Of a DNA stretch of 64,000 nucleotides, positions 12,586 through 25,396 are shown one piece after another. Under the pieces are notes generated by a model. It had not been told where the DNA came from, made no database searches, and saw only the letters and a program-made list of their open reading frames with translations. Source of the stretch: Thalia democratica (lineage: Eukaryota); contig OZ241828.1 of assembly GCA_965202585.1 (NCBI GenBank), positions 62,806,001-62,870,000 on the forward strand. Reading direction: 5' to 3'. The position numbers were made by a program, and so were the translations under genes. Every line of letters begins with the position of its first letter. The stretch's first letter is position 1.

Positions 12586-13299
12586 GGCTTTTTTAGTTGT
12601 TTAAAAAGTTTAGGAGGGGGGGTCCAACATTTTTTTTTATATAATATTTTTGGCTTTTATATGAAAGCTTTCAATACAAACTACAAGCCTGTTTTTATAG
12701 AATTTAAAATGGTCATTTAACTTTTGAGATATTTTATCTTTTGTAAAAAGTTTCTGATACAAACGTATGGACCGCAAATTTTTCGGGGTCAATTTTCTCT
12801 GAAATTTAAAGATTCATTAAAAATCTATCTTCTCTTTCATTTTTCAAGCAGTCTTCTTCAAATTTCAGGAAATGTTCCTTATATTAAAAGCAAAAAAAAC
12901 ATTACTTCAAAGTTTAGAATTTTAATAATATAAAAAAAGAATAAAAATGTTAACACAAAAATATTTTTTCTTTGTTTTTAAATAATATTTTTACAATGTT
13001 TTTTAAAATTCAAAAGTTCCGTTTTTTTGTTATTGTATAAAGATTAGACTGTAAAAGTTTGAAGAAGATTGATTGAAAAATGTAGAAGGAGATAGATTTC
13101 AAATAAAATAGTCTTTTTTGCTGTTTTAGTTTTCCCTTTCCATAGGAAACCTATTATGCGGCCTGACTTTGACTGGTCATATATCATATCTCAAAAAACA
13201 ATTTTAATTTTCTTAAATGTAAAAAATCATCTTCAAGCTTATAAAAAACTCTTTAAAATAAGATCAACTTGTAAAAAACATATCTGATCCCCTATAGCC
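12586..13299. mobile_element. Palindromic non-autonomous DNA transposon, possibly Kolobok-like (TTAA target)
   Basis: Long imperfect inverted arms: aaatctatcttctctttcatttttcaagcagtcttcttcaaa (~12820-12865) matches the reverse complement of ~13055-13105, and ttttgagatat matches atatctcaaaa. Termini are GGCT...AGCC, flanked by GTAA and TTAA. Confidence 0.5.
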
Positions 13300-13334
13300 T
13301 TAAAGTTAATAATTAGTTTCATCAACTGAACTTT

Positions 13335-13420
13335 ATCTACCGTGCAAAAATGACGACTCGGTCAAAAGTAACTACTCGTGAAAAAAGACTCCGTGCGAAA
13401 TTGAGGCCGTGCAAAACTAG
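13335..13420. repeat. Fragment of the CGTGCAAAA-array foldback element family
   Basis: Tandem ~17-18 bp units with CGTG(C)AAAA or CGTGCGAAA cores. Confidence 0.6.
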
Positions 13421-13722
13421 TTAAACTTTAAACTATTAAACATTTTAAAGACAATTAAACTTGCTAAATTAAAAGTAAAAATAGTAGCTCTTATAAAATT
13501 TTTGTGCTCAATGCATTAAATAAGTTTTACAGGGTGTATTTGAAAAACATTGAACATTTGGAATCTTTCGATTGAAAATCTGACAAGGTCTGCCAATTTT
13601 TTGTGAATTGTTTTTATCTACCAAGTGTAAGAATTTCAAAAAAAATAAACATGTTTAAGTTATTATTATTAATATTTATCTAAGCTTTATTTACTACAAT
13701 CACTATTTGCACGCGTTTTGTT

Positions 13723-13732
13723 CTGATTGGCT
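13723..13732 (-). promoter_or_regulatory. CCAAT box (NF-Y consensus AGCCAATCAG)
   Basis: Exact CTGATTGGCT on the plus strand. No linked gene established. Confidence 0.25.
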
Positions 13733-13788
13733 CTTAACTTTCTCCTGGGTTATTTTTTCCCAGACTTGTGAAAAAGCACTGAAAGAAC

Positions 13789-15519
13789 CAGGGGCGTATT
13801 TTGACTGGTTTTCTATTTCCTGTGAACCGCCCGAAAGAAGAAAAAAAAATCTTAGAATATGACTAAAAACATTGTTTATTAACTTTGTTTTGGTTATATG
13901 ATAAACTTTGAATAATGAATGTTAAATTTATAACACTGAAAGATAGTTAAGTTTCCTTAACAAAAAATGCTCGTTTTTTCCCAGCTGGAACAGATTTTAA
14001 ATAAAATTTTAATTGTGATTTCATAATAAATTAAAGTTTTAAAGTTGCATTTTTTTTCTGGGAAACGTTTCAATAAGATGCTCTTAGTTTCCATTAAAAA
14101 TTGTTACTTAGTCAGAATAGCTTTTGAGTTATTATTGTTTTTCAACTAATAAGTACAATTTTACTTAAAAATGCCCATTATAATCAATAAAATTTTATTT
14201 AGTTTATTGTATGTAATAATGTTGTGTGAAGCTTTTAAGTCTTAAAAAGTTCAATTGAGAGAGTTTTCAAAATCATTATCATTATTTCAAACCAAAATCT
14301 ACCTCACCATCTGGCAATTTATTCTTTTATCATTTAATGGTATTTTAATACTTTAATTTAAGTTTTTTTATTTTTGTATATCTGTTGGCCACAAAGTTGT
14401 ATCTTGATTTTTGAATTTTCAACTTTGAGAGATTTCAAAACCATAACCAGAATCCCTGCACCATCAGGCAAACATTTAATAGTAACTTAAAGATGTTTTA
14501 ATTTAATTGTATAAGTCTAAAAAATTTTTTTTTAATAAAATTTCAATTTTTATTTGAGTTGTTTTAATTTTGTATATGTTATTGTATATTTAGTGAAATT
14601 TCAAATTTTATAGATTGAATTAATTGAAAAAAATATTTTTATTATAAATAAATATATATAGGAAAAAAGTTTAAAATTAAAAAAAAAAACTGTAAGAATT
14701 CCACCTATATTAACATTTAAATAAAAATTGAAATTTTCTTTATAAAAATTTATTCTAGTTTTAATTATTTTTTGATATTGTTTCCTGATAAAATCATTAA
14801 TTTTAAGGGTTCCCAAACCTGGATTCCTGGAAAAACCTTGAATTCGGGAAATTTTGAAAAAAACTGGAATTTTGAAGAAAAATGACTAAAGAAACCTGGA
14901 AAAGCTGTAATTTTAACAATTTTCAACAGTAAAATTTATATTTGACTTAAAAACTCTATCATATAAATAAAAAAATGTTGTCATCATCAAAATTTTTTTA
15001 TTAAAAAACACATTCAAAGTAGCAGCTTTACAGTATCTTTTCAATGTACTTAAACTATTTAACACAGTTTTTTACCTTAAACTTAACTTTAAACTGAAAA
15101 TAGACCCAAAAATAAGTACTTTAAAAAAACTGGATGAAATTTGGAAATCCAGGAAAAATTTTTGAAAAAAGGAGTGGCAACCCTGATTTTTTATAAAGTA
15201 AGTTAGTTATGTCTGTAACAGTTGAATAAATAAATAACAATTTTTGATATACAATTTGTAAGTTCATAACTTTGTTTTGGTTCTTTTAGTTTTTATTTAT
15301 TTAAATTTAATACATTATTAATTTTATTTTTCTTTTACTACTTATATGTTTTTAAGCAGAAAAAAACATTTTAAACAAAGAGTATTACGGCTTAAATTCA
15401 GTAGTACGCACAATGCGTACTTAACTGGCAGTGCATACCTAAAAAATTCTTACTTAAGCGGCAAATTAAGAACAAAAAAATTGTGAACCCCCTTTGAAAA
15501 ATATCTAGACACGCCCCTG
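13789..15519. mobile_element. Non-autonomous hAT-type element (~1.7 kb including a nested MITE)
   Basis: Termini CAGGGGCGT...ACGCCCCTG. Flanks GAAAGAAC and ATAAGAAC form a decayed 8-bp TSD. The interior is homologous to 26095-27534. Confidence 0.8.
14805..15185. mobile_element. MITE with (C)AGGGTTGCCA-type termini, nested inside the hAT element
   Basis: Ends AAGGGTTCCCA and TGGCAACCCTG. It is absent at the equivalent position of the 26-27.5 kb copy. An inverted copy lies at 30097-30541. Confidence 0.8.
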
Positions 15520-15954
15520 ATAAGAACTATATTATTTTTTATTTTTCAGGAAAAAAGGGAGCTACAAGCTTTTGACTAAAATAAAACAAACAAAATAAAG
15601 TTAAAAGCTCCAACTAGTGAATTTCTATTTGTGACAAATAAAAAATATTAAATAAAGAATAAAATTAATTTGATAATCAATTTTTTTTTGTTTATTTTAT
15701 GCTGATAAAGGTAAAACTGCAGTTATTTAATTTACCTTTTATTTTAATTTATATATATATTTTTAAATTTATTTAATATTTAAATATCTAGTTTATAAGT
15801 ATCTATTTAAATATATACATATTTATTTTTAGTTTATTTATTTTATAATTATTTACAAATTTCTTTTATTTTTTAATTTTTAGTTTATTTCTTGTATAGT
15901 TATTTGATTTTTTAGTTTAGACTTTTTTTATTGTTTATATATATTTTTTAATTT

Positions 15955-16060
15955 TACATTATTTCATGCAAAATTGACTATTCATGCTAATTTATTTCGT
16001 GCGAAAATATTTTGTTACTTGTATATTCGTGCGAAAGTCTATGCTCGTGTTATTTTTGTG
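15955..16060. repeat. CGTGCAAAA-array family arm preceded by a TTTA-rich low-complexity core
   Basis: catgcaaaattgac, tcgtgcgaaaat and tcgtgcgaaagt units follow an AT-only tract at ~15700-15955, the same layout as 35280-35900. Confidence 0.55.
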
Positions 16061-16879
16061 TTATTTTTATTCTTCATTTTATGTGTCTTTCAGTTTAAGT
16101 GGACTAGATTTTGATACCTAGGATCCTCGTATTGACAGTTAACTTGCAATGACAATAACAATAAGAAATATGTAAAATAAGCGTTATTAAATGCTAAAGA
16201 ATTATTTTCAATATTACATCAAATTAGCAAATCACATATTGATTTAAAAATAGACGAGCATATTAGTTTGTTTTATTGTTGTACAAACAAAAAAAAAAAA
16301 ATTCAATTTATTTTTCCAACGTGTTAAAAGACAAATGCAAATTTCTAGACATGACACTGTGTCAATTTAAATGAAAACGAAACTAAACAAAAACGTTTAT
16401 TTAATTGTTAAGAGCTGGGTTTATTTTATTAAAGCCGGGTTTGGTTTCATTCTGCTTTAAGTAAATTAAAAATCACGTAAGTGTAAATGTAGTAAATTTT
16501 ATTAGTTTCAAAGCTTAAAAATAGCTAAGAAAAATCTAATATTTATGTCAAAGTAATAAAGACTACAGTAAACGCTAAAAACATTATCAATATCTAGAAA
16601 ATAATTTTAGGTATTGGCTTTTCACAAGTTTACTGTTAACTAAAAAAGTCAAAATTCCATATATACTTAATAAGAAAATTTTATTATATCTCATCAAAAA
16701 ACTGCAATTAATTAATTGTAAGTAATTACTCTGCATAAGGCAAAAACTAGTTGGTTTAAACGTTCTGAAATACTTAAAGCAGAAACGTACATAACAAATT
16801 TTAAAACAAAAAAATTAAGTATTATCTAAATAAGTTCAATAATTTATTAGATTTTCAGCTCAGCAAGAATTTTTTTCTA

Positions 16880-19800
16880 TCAATTGCCTCTTGAACCCTT
16901 ATCGGCCCACTGTCCATGAGTTGGTTTCCAGTTTTGCAATTCCAATTCCAAGTGTTTGACGGCCTCGTTTTGTTCCCTGGACACATCATTATCGTCATCG
17001 TCATCAAATTCAAGCATTTCCAGAATATCTTCAGTCACCCCGCAGTCATCATCATCATCTTCATCATCAGTTTCAATCACATGGTCTTCAGTTTGAGAAG
17101 ATTTAGGTTTCTCTAGTTTTTCTAGAAGTTCTTTGACTTCTGAATATTCTTCAATTTTTTCCTTTGTGTGATCTACAACTTTTTCCTGTGAAACTTGTAA
17201 AATTTGTTCCTGTTGATCTTCTACAACTTGTCTCTTCTTATGTTCCACTATGTTTTCTTGTTTAATTTTTAGTTCTTCTAGTGTGAATGCAACAGCGGCT
17301 TCTGTTTCATCTTTTTCTACTGCTGGTGCTTCTGTTATTTTTTTAAAACTCATTTCGTATGTTTTCACTATTTTACGTTGTTGCTAATGTAAAAAGATAA
17401 TTTATATTGTTATTATACACAACATAAATTTGAATGTACAAGAAATTAGTAAAAGTAGTCTTAAGAAAATATATTCTCAGGATTACTAATGCACTTACCA
17501 TTGTTAGTTTTAAGGCGTTCGTCTACAAAATGAGTCAAGTCGTTGAAAGTTGACCTTTTTATTTTGCAAAAAACAAGTCCGATGCCTTCAGAGTCAATTA
17601 AGTCGCGGTTTATCAAGTCTTGTTCACGTTCCTGTTTTGAAATTATAAGTTTTGAGGTATTTTTATAAAGCCTTTATTAGAGGAAAGTTTTTCGTTTTAC
17701 ATTAAATTGACAATCTATTTTGTCTTGCATACAATAAAGGTTAGGTTTACCAAAATAAATTTATTACTTCCTTATAATTTATTATTAGTAAAAAGTAAGT
17801 AATGAGAATTTAAATGAGTAAAAGTTAGAGGATTTAAGCATGTTAGATTATACTAATAGTTCTTAGGATTGTACTGTACTTTTTTTTTTTGATTTTTCAG
17901 TACTAACTTTAATCATTTTAACCACTGTTCTCGTATCTTGCATGTTCAATTTCATGCACTTATCAAACAAATCCGTTTTTTCTTTACGAGAGGCAAGATC
18001 TTGATTTGTTTGTGGGAGAAAATATTTGTAGCTTTTGAAGTAACCGGCCACAGCTGAAACTGGAAACTGCATTCCTTGATTGTCACTGACGGTGCTTGGA
18101 AAAATATTTAATAAATATTAGTATTGTTATCTAGATGTATGTGCCATTATAACGTTATTTGATAATATTAGGAATATAAAATTTCGTTTTTCAATTAAAA
18201 AAAAAAGTCTTTTCTTTTTTAAAAAACTCAGTATACTATTAAACATAAAACTATAAATTAGTTAGAGTTTTTCTGCAAAAGACTAATACTTCTTAATGTA
18301 CACTGTGCATAGTATTATTTTAAATACAGAAACACTACACTTTAACAGTAGTCTATAATAGATACAAATAAAATTACCATTTGTCTATTTTCTTCTTTTC
18401 AACTGCAGTTGAATCAGGTAAAGTTTTAGACAAATTAATTAAGAGGCGTGGTTTCTTCTTCAACGTGTTATTCTATTAAGTAAAATTTTGTTGTACTTAA
18501 AATTGTACTTTAAAGTTGTTTTTAATTGAACAAAGCTGACTGATTTTGAATTTGTTATGTAAAAATGACTTTGTATTATCATTTCACTTCATTTCTAAAA
18601 CAGTAAATTATAAAATAGTTAAGCAATATGATCAATAAATTGTTGTTTGATTTTCTAGTTTTATCGTTTTTTTCTTACAAATTAGGCTCACAGAGAAACA
18701 AACTCAAACTATGATAGTAAAATATGTATCGTCAGTCTTTAAGAAAGTGTGTAAGTTACATTACATTCAGTAAGGGTAATTTTATATGTACTTTTAAACA
18801 ATTACCTTGCATATACTCTTTCGCTTCAGTTGGTTGTTTTCAAGTTTATTTAGAAATAAACTGTTTTCTTTAAATTTTTCTTCAGAACTGTTTTTACTTA
18901 TAATATTTAAATTGTGTTCATTTGAAAAAAATGGAATATTGTTACTTTGAGTTTTATTTCTACAGTAATTAGTGCCATACTTATTTTGATATGAAGAAAT
19001 CATTTTAGTAGTATTTTTCTCTTGAGATGAAGAAATTATTTTAGAGCCATTTTGCTCTGAAGATAAACACATTTTTTTAAAACAATTTTTATTTTGGTTA
19101 GAAGAAATATTTTTAGTTGCAGTTTTATTTTGAGAACAATTAAATATTTTAGTGCCATTTTTCTCCTTAGTTGGAAACATCGATTTAATACCATTTTTCA
19201 ATTAAGTTGATAAAATATTTTTAGAGTAATTTTTGTTCTGAGTTGAGAAAAACTTTTTAATGCCATTTTTCTCTTTAGCTGAGGAAATAACTATAGTGAC
19301 CTTTTTATCTTTAGCTTGAGTAATCTTTTTAGTCATATATTTCTCTTTAGCTGAAACAAACTTTTTAGTAGTATTTTTTGTTTGTGTCGAAGAAATCTTT
19401 TTAGAAACACATTTTTTTTTTAGCTAAAGAAGTCTTTTTAGTGCCATTTTTCTTTTGAGTTAAGCTAGTCTCACTTTTTACCGGTGCTTTGGTGTCTCGA
19501 GCGAGAGGAAGTTTTGACCATCTATAATTGCAAAGTTTTAAATAATAACTTTTTTTATAAACAACCAAATGTTAATTAAAAAAGTAAACTTTAAATTAAT
19601 CACGTTTGAACTACTATCTAATAGAATGATTTTAAAGCATAAGCTTAAATTGATAATTGTTTTTATAAAATAAAAAAAAAATCAATAATGAAACTTAATT
19701 TATTGAACTTTTAGTATTTTAATGTACTTATTCGATATAAAAACCTCGCATAGAATTCTTTTATCATTGTTTTGCTGCACTGAGTTACAAAGGCTTCTGA

Positions 19801-22800
19801 TCCATTATAGAGTTCACAGTTAGCAACTATAAGCTTAAAATCCGCTTCAAAATTCTTTGGAGACTTATACTTCCTGAATTTAAAAAAATATATCTAACGA
19901 TTAAACTTCAGTATAGTTATAAACTTTTTATATATGAACTAACTCAAGCTATTTTTTTATACAGCTTTTATAATGTGATGAGTCAACTAACAAAAAAGAA
20001 CTTTAGTTGTTTTTTTCAAAGTTTTTATTGAAAATAACGCAGTGTAAAAATTTAATTCAAGTATTAATAGAATTTATTTTAATAACAGTAAATTGTCAAT
20101 TTTTACAAAAAAAGAAGTTTTATATTAAAAATCGTCTTCTTACCCTGCCAGAAGTTTCTTTTTCATTGTACTAAGGTCCATCGGATTTTTGATGTTATTG
20201 AGATAATCAGAATATAACTTTGTATCCACTGGTATTTTGAAAAAGGTTACCCAAGTCTTAAAATTTATAGTAAATTGTTATAGGTTTTAAGTTTTTTATT
20301 GTATTAATATACAGTGGTCATAACATTATTTGACTAAAATAATTGTAGAGTTTTACTTTTCAAAGAATAATTTAAAAACATATTTATCAGTAATAATTGT
20401 TACAACACATAAATTTCTGCTAAAAATGTCTTCGTGTGTAATAAAACATTAACATTTTATAGTCCAAAAACTTACATTGTTTTCCTTAGCATTGAGGTCC
20501 TTTAGCAATTTTAAAGCGAATTGATGCTGCTCCATGGACCATTCAGTTTTCTTTAGAACTTTATACTCCTGTATATAAAAAATATATGCAATTTAAACTA
20601 GATTAACAATTTTAGAAACTTTTTATTTCTGCAATTAAACAAAATACAACAGGATTTAGGATTTCGTTGTAGAGAAAGTTTGATTACATGCACAAACCTT
20701 TTTTCTTGTTTGTAAATATTACTAAAATTTAATATTAAAATGTTTTTCGATCGTTTATTAGCGTATTTAATATAACTTTAAATCATTAACCATACGCAAA
20801 ATGTACAAAAACAAGGTTGAACATTTCACTAAACAAAATAGATACTCTATCTCATTTTTTTTACACAGCTTTAAAATTAAAAATATTCTCAATATAGTTG
20901 ATTTTTAAAAACAGATTTAAAAAATAAAAAGAAAAGGTGAAAGAAAGCCTCCAGTGCAAATAGTTTCATTAGAGTTTTAATTTTTTGAAATAAATTTTAA
21001 TCAAACAACCAGGAACGTTAGACCTGGTTAGTTTTTTATTTAAACTCGTCGGTCAGTAACTTCTATAAAAAGTTGTATATGAAAAATTACAAACTTATAA
21101 AATTTTGAAAGAGATTGAGATCTAATAACACTGGTTGTTTGAATTTTTTAAAAGTTATAACATCAATAATATAAAAAAAGCGAACGATTTAAGCCAGATG
21201 ATTTATTCCATTTATACTTAGAAAATAAAATAAGATAACTAAGTTAAATAGTGACTTTTTTTATTTTTAACGCTGTGTGAAAGACGAAAACGTTTTGTAT
21301 AGTTTGTTTAATAAAATTTTGAATTATAGCTTGTTATTTTTGTGTATATCCATAAGTTTTACTTCTTTATTAATATTGAACTTTAGTACTTTTATAATAA
21401 ACAAAGAAAACGAATAAATATTATTTTTCTCTTAACAAGTTTAATTACATTAAATAGAATAAAAACCAATAAATCTAATTTAACTTTAACAAAAAGAAGT
21501 TTCGTTTATTTTACCTAAATTAAACGTTTGATTTTTTTGAATTGTTTGTACTTTAAAACAACTTTCAAACATTTTTTCAGTCTACTAGCTATATTTTAAT
21601 TTAATAATGTTGATTTATCTTAAATATCTATTCAAAAACATAAATAAAAGCGTTCGTTAACAAAAGATAGTAGCGAAAGAAGTTCAAGCGATTGTATAAC
21701 GATTTATGAATTATACAGTTTGTGTGTAATAAAGAAAGGATACTGTATAATTTGTTATTATTTTACCTTAAATGCTAACCCAATCTTAAAATGCTTTACA
21801 GATTTATATTTATTTTATTTAAGATTAAAAAAAACAATAATAGGGTTAGATAAATTATGAAAAAAAAAACTTCATACTAATAATATTAGACTTAATTCTA
21901 GTGTTTTACAATTACAACGTAAAATAATATATTCATTAACTAAACTAAGAAAAGATAAATTATTAAACGATTATACACAGAATAAATCTACTCCAGTGCT
22001 TCTGAACCTTTTTCTAGTGGCGGAACCCTTTTCCAAAATTCAATTTCTCCGCGGAACCCCTAATTTTAATTCTACATAAAATGTTTAATTGAATAAATGT
22101 TCTTTTTTAAATTTCGAAAGGCTTCGCGGAACCCCATTTCAGAAGCACTGATCTACTCAATTATACATTTTTGAATTTCACTAAACAGCAAACAAAAATG
22201 AAAATAAAAGTGTTTATAAATATGACTAAAAAACATTTATTTTATAACTTCAAAAAACAAATGTATTAAAACATACTTTTTGCATTTTAGCAAATTTTTT
22301 CTTGATAAAGTCTTCTACGGTTTTACCCATTACAAAAGCATCATCTCCTTCCTGAAATATATATCAGAATAATATTTAAAACTAATAAAATTGAACTTAA
22401 AAGTATTGGTTTAAATAAAAATTATAAATAATTTAAACTTAAAACTTTAACATGATTTAGCAAGTTTTAAGATACTTTATTGTTTTCAAGTTTAATTTGT
22501 AAAAGTAGAAAGTAGATTGTGTACCAATGAATATAAAGCTTTTTGTATAATAAACACTTCACAGATATATAAATTTATACAAACTTTGTTGTAGGTATAA
22601 CAGTTTTCGAACATCAACTTAAAATCCGCAAGACATTCATCTTCATTTGAGTATTGATTGGTTTCCAGTCTATCTCTAATAGTTTGTATACACATTGGAT
22701 TTTTGATAATATCAGGGTAGTCCTAGATAAAATTCAAATTTAGTATTTCGTTTGTAACTATTAAGTAATTAGTATTTATATAATGTGTATTAGGATAAAT

Positions 22801-23232
22801 GAGAAAAGTTTAAGTTAGTTTTTCGATTATTATGAAAGCTTTTATTTTTCGAAGATTACTTTTAAAAACTTAATTAAACCTATTTAGAAACTTTGATAAA
22901 CCTTATTTAAAACGGCTAGTGTTAACAAAATTTAAAAATTAAAAATACAAACAGTTTTTTAGACTTTTAAAATGTTTAAACTTTAAAAGCGTTAAAACAA
23001 TTTTTTTTGTAATAAACTAAATTTTGTCAATTACTGATTAGCTTGAAAAATTTTTGAACTATTTCATATAACCATAACAACCCCTTAAAACTATAAACAA
23101 ACTAACAGGTACTTCAACATAGTCAACGGGTTGGTGAAATGGCCAGCTATACTTGTGTTTCAGTATTTTTGGCACAATATTTGTTCTAATGTAGTCAAGT
23201 TTTCTTCTTGACATATTGTTTTTCTCGGTCAT
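16880..23232 (-). CDS. Divergent BET-family protein (bromodomain 1, bromodomain 2, ET domain, acidic C-terminus); linker exon disrupted, so possibly truncated, alternatively spliced or pseudogenising
   Basis: Exons 23232-23107, 22722-22585 and 22351-22277 give BD1 (KYSWPFHQPVD..PDYPDIIKNPM..ENCYTYNKEGDDAFVM). Exons 20568-20476, 20256-20144 and 19873-19745 give BD2 (FFKIPVDTKLYSDY..KNPMDLSTMKKKL..NCELYNG). Exons 18472-18378, 18094-17908 and 17631-17499 give an ET-like domain (SRKEKTDL..VVKMIKEREQDL...GIGLVFCKIKRSTFNDL). The last exon is 17367-16880. These junctions are phase-compatible GT-AG. Exon 19521-18806 has a +1 frameshift and a TAA. Confidence 0.85.
18965..19465 (-). repeat. Degenerate 39-nt (13-codon) minisatellite in the BET BD2-ET linker
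   Basis: About 12-13 units close to TCA ACT CAA GAG AAA AAT GGC ACT AAA AAG ATT TCT, giving K/S/T/N-rich SxQEKNGTKKIS-like peptides. Confidence 0.8.
21994..22150. mobile_element. hAT (Charlie-like) MITE, 157 bp, in a BET intron
   Basis: Perfect TIR CAGTGCTTCTGAA/TTCAGAAGCACTG, perfect 8-bp TSD ATCTACTC, and internal GCGGAACCC repeats. Confidence 0.95.
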
Positions 23233-24590
23233 TGTTAAGTAACAAACTAGGTAAACTTATTTGTAAAACTCTATACCATAAAATAAAACAAAATTAGTTT
23301 TGTAAATAAAATATAACGTAAGGTTGAATAGCGTAATAAACTTTTACTTTCTTTGTTTGAAAAAATATTGCGGACTATTTTGATATGTTGAAGGAAAATA
23401 AAACAGTTAATGTGAGTTAAATGTATTATCAATAAAAAGAGTATACTGAAACTTATTAGTTATTCATTTGACTACTAAGTTTATAAAACTGTTAATTATA
23501 ATTTGTATAAAAATGAAAAAAAAAACTTGAAAAACAACTGATTTTACTGTATATAAGGTTTTACTGCAACATACACTTTATATCAAACCACACATGGTTT
23601 TGCATTAACTTTGTGTTCAAACTTTAAAGGTAAAACATTGTTTAGTTAGTACGTTATTGGATTAAAATATATTTTTAAAATGAAATATAATAGTATTTAT
23701 AACAGTAAACTAATTTTGTTGTATTATAAAAGTTCACTTAGTAGCAGAAAATATTAACTTGATTCTAAATAGACACAAATAAACATAATAAACCCTTTCA
23801 TTCTTCTAACACACGGGGTTCAACAGTTTAAAATAGTTTTTTTTTGTAAAAATGTAACATATTAACTGACGAAACTGTTATCACCACAAGTGTATAACAC
23901 GACTGAAATGATTTTGAAACTAAATAATTGATAGCATTCATAGTTGTCATTTTTATATAAGCAAGTCGCAAAACATTACTCGAGTATTATACTTTAAATT
24001 AAAACAAACAAACGTTTGTTCAGTATTGTGAATTTTTTATTAATGGTAACCCTAGTGTACACCTGTGAAAATCACTGTACTAAAATATTATATTATAAGC
24101 TCAGAGTAATAGCCCAGTACGAATGCTTAAAAACAAAACTAATTAATGAATACAGCCACAATAAAGTTATAATAGGTTAAGCATACTTCCTTTATTTATT
24201 ATTCGACAGAATTATTTAGCGATAAAAAAATTATAAAGTTAAAAAAAAAAATTAACACAATGGTTTTAATCTTTAAGTTTAGTATTAAATTTAAAGAATA
24301 CATAAATATTCTTAATTTTAATGTCATTTAAAGACATTCTTAAAATGTCACTATATTATTTCCGCAATAAAGTAGCTTAAAAAAGTGTTCACATTTTTAT
24401 AAACTATAACAGTGAAAACAAACTTGAAAATTATAAGGAAGTTAAATCAAATATTATAATGAAAACATAATGATACATGTGAAATTATGCCTGAATATAA
24501 TCCAACTTTCATTTACTTTTGTTTTTTAATAATTAAACGCTTGCTTGTAATTTTTTTATTAAACTAATTTAATTATTAAATGTACTAGGT

Positions 24591-24931
24591 CAGGGGTCGG
24601 CAAACTGTGGCCGTCAAAGTCAAAAATTGCGGCCCGCGAGCTTTTTTAGGCGAAGAATAACCGCTTTTAAGACAATAAAAAAAATAAGAAAATGAAAAAA
24701 AAAACTTACATTTAGGCAGTTGGTTCAATAAATACTATTTAATAGTGCTCTGCTATTGCTTAATTTATCACATTTTCAATGTAAATGATACTTTTCTACT
24801 GATTACTGGAAATTTACTTGAATAAACGTGGCCCTCGAAAAAATTTTTCTAGATAATGCGGCCCGTGAGCAATTTTCCCATAGAAAAGCTAAAAAATTGG
24901 CCCGCAAGCTAAAAAAGGCTGCCGACCCCAG
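24591..24931. mobile_element. hAT (Charlie-like) MITE upstream of the BET gene
   Basis: Termini CAGGGGTCGGCA...TGCCGACCCCAG, TSD TACTAGGT/GACTAGGT (7 of 8), and internal GCGGCCCG(C/T)GAG repeats. Confidence 0.9.
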
Positions 24932-25019
24932 GACTAGGTGAAGCTCAGCTTTACTAAGTACTTTAAAAATCATTTTTAAAGTATTTAGTTTAAAAATCAA
25001 TAGTTAATCTAATAAATTA

Positions 25020-25396
25020 AAAAAATACCGATCGAGGATAAGGATTAATGGTAACAGTGATGGTAAAAATAAAAAAGAAGAAAGAAAATACTACACAAAC
25101 TAATTAAAAGTAAAAAACTAAAAAAAAAACCTTTAAACTAATAAAAAACAAAAAAAGTAGTTCATTACGGAGAGTAAGGGTTAGGATTAATAGTAATAGA
25201 AAAACATATTATTTAAAATATTTTCCAAAAAAAAAATCAGGAAAATAAACATATGTATAAATAACAAAATTATAAAAAAAAAAAAATTACCGCCCGAGGT
25301 AAGGGATAATAGTGATAGCAAAAAAAAAAGACGCTGTGTGCAAAAAAGTCCCTTCTTGCAAAAGTGTCATCTCGTGCAAAAGTGACACCCACCCGT
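25020..25396. mobile_element. Partial CGTGCAAAA-array foldback element
   Basis: Three internal CCGAxCGAGG-TAAGGG..TAA(C/T)AGT motifs, then GTGCAAAA units, ending CCCGT as at 35900 and 57550. Confidence 0.65.

Noticed and set aside
13528-13545. Tc1/mariner terminus TACAGGGTGT
   Set aside because: No matching opposite end was found.
21000-21145. 12-bp inverted repeat TCAAACAACCAG/CTGGTTGTTTGA in a BET intron
   Set aside because: It may be a tiny MITE relic, but there is no TSD or second copy to support a call.
24803-25000. ORF-track ORFs here and at 14601, 30136, 35235, 35689 and 12724
   Set aside because: They lie inside or across MITEs and low-complexity DNA, have biased F/K/L/I composition, and show no transposase motifs.
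25160-25200. Interstitial telomeric repeat (GGGTTAGG)
   Set aside because: These are single units embedded in the foldback element's core motif, not an array.
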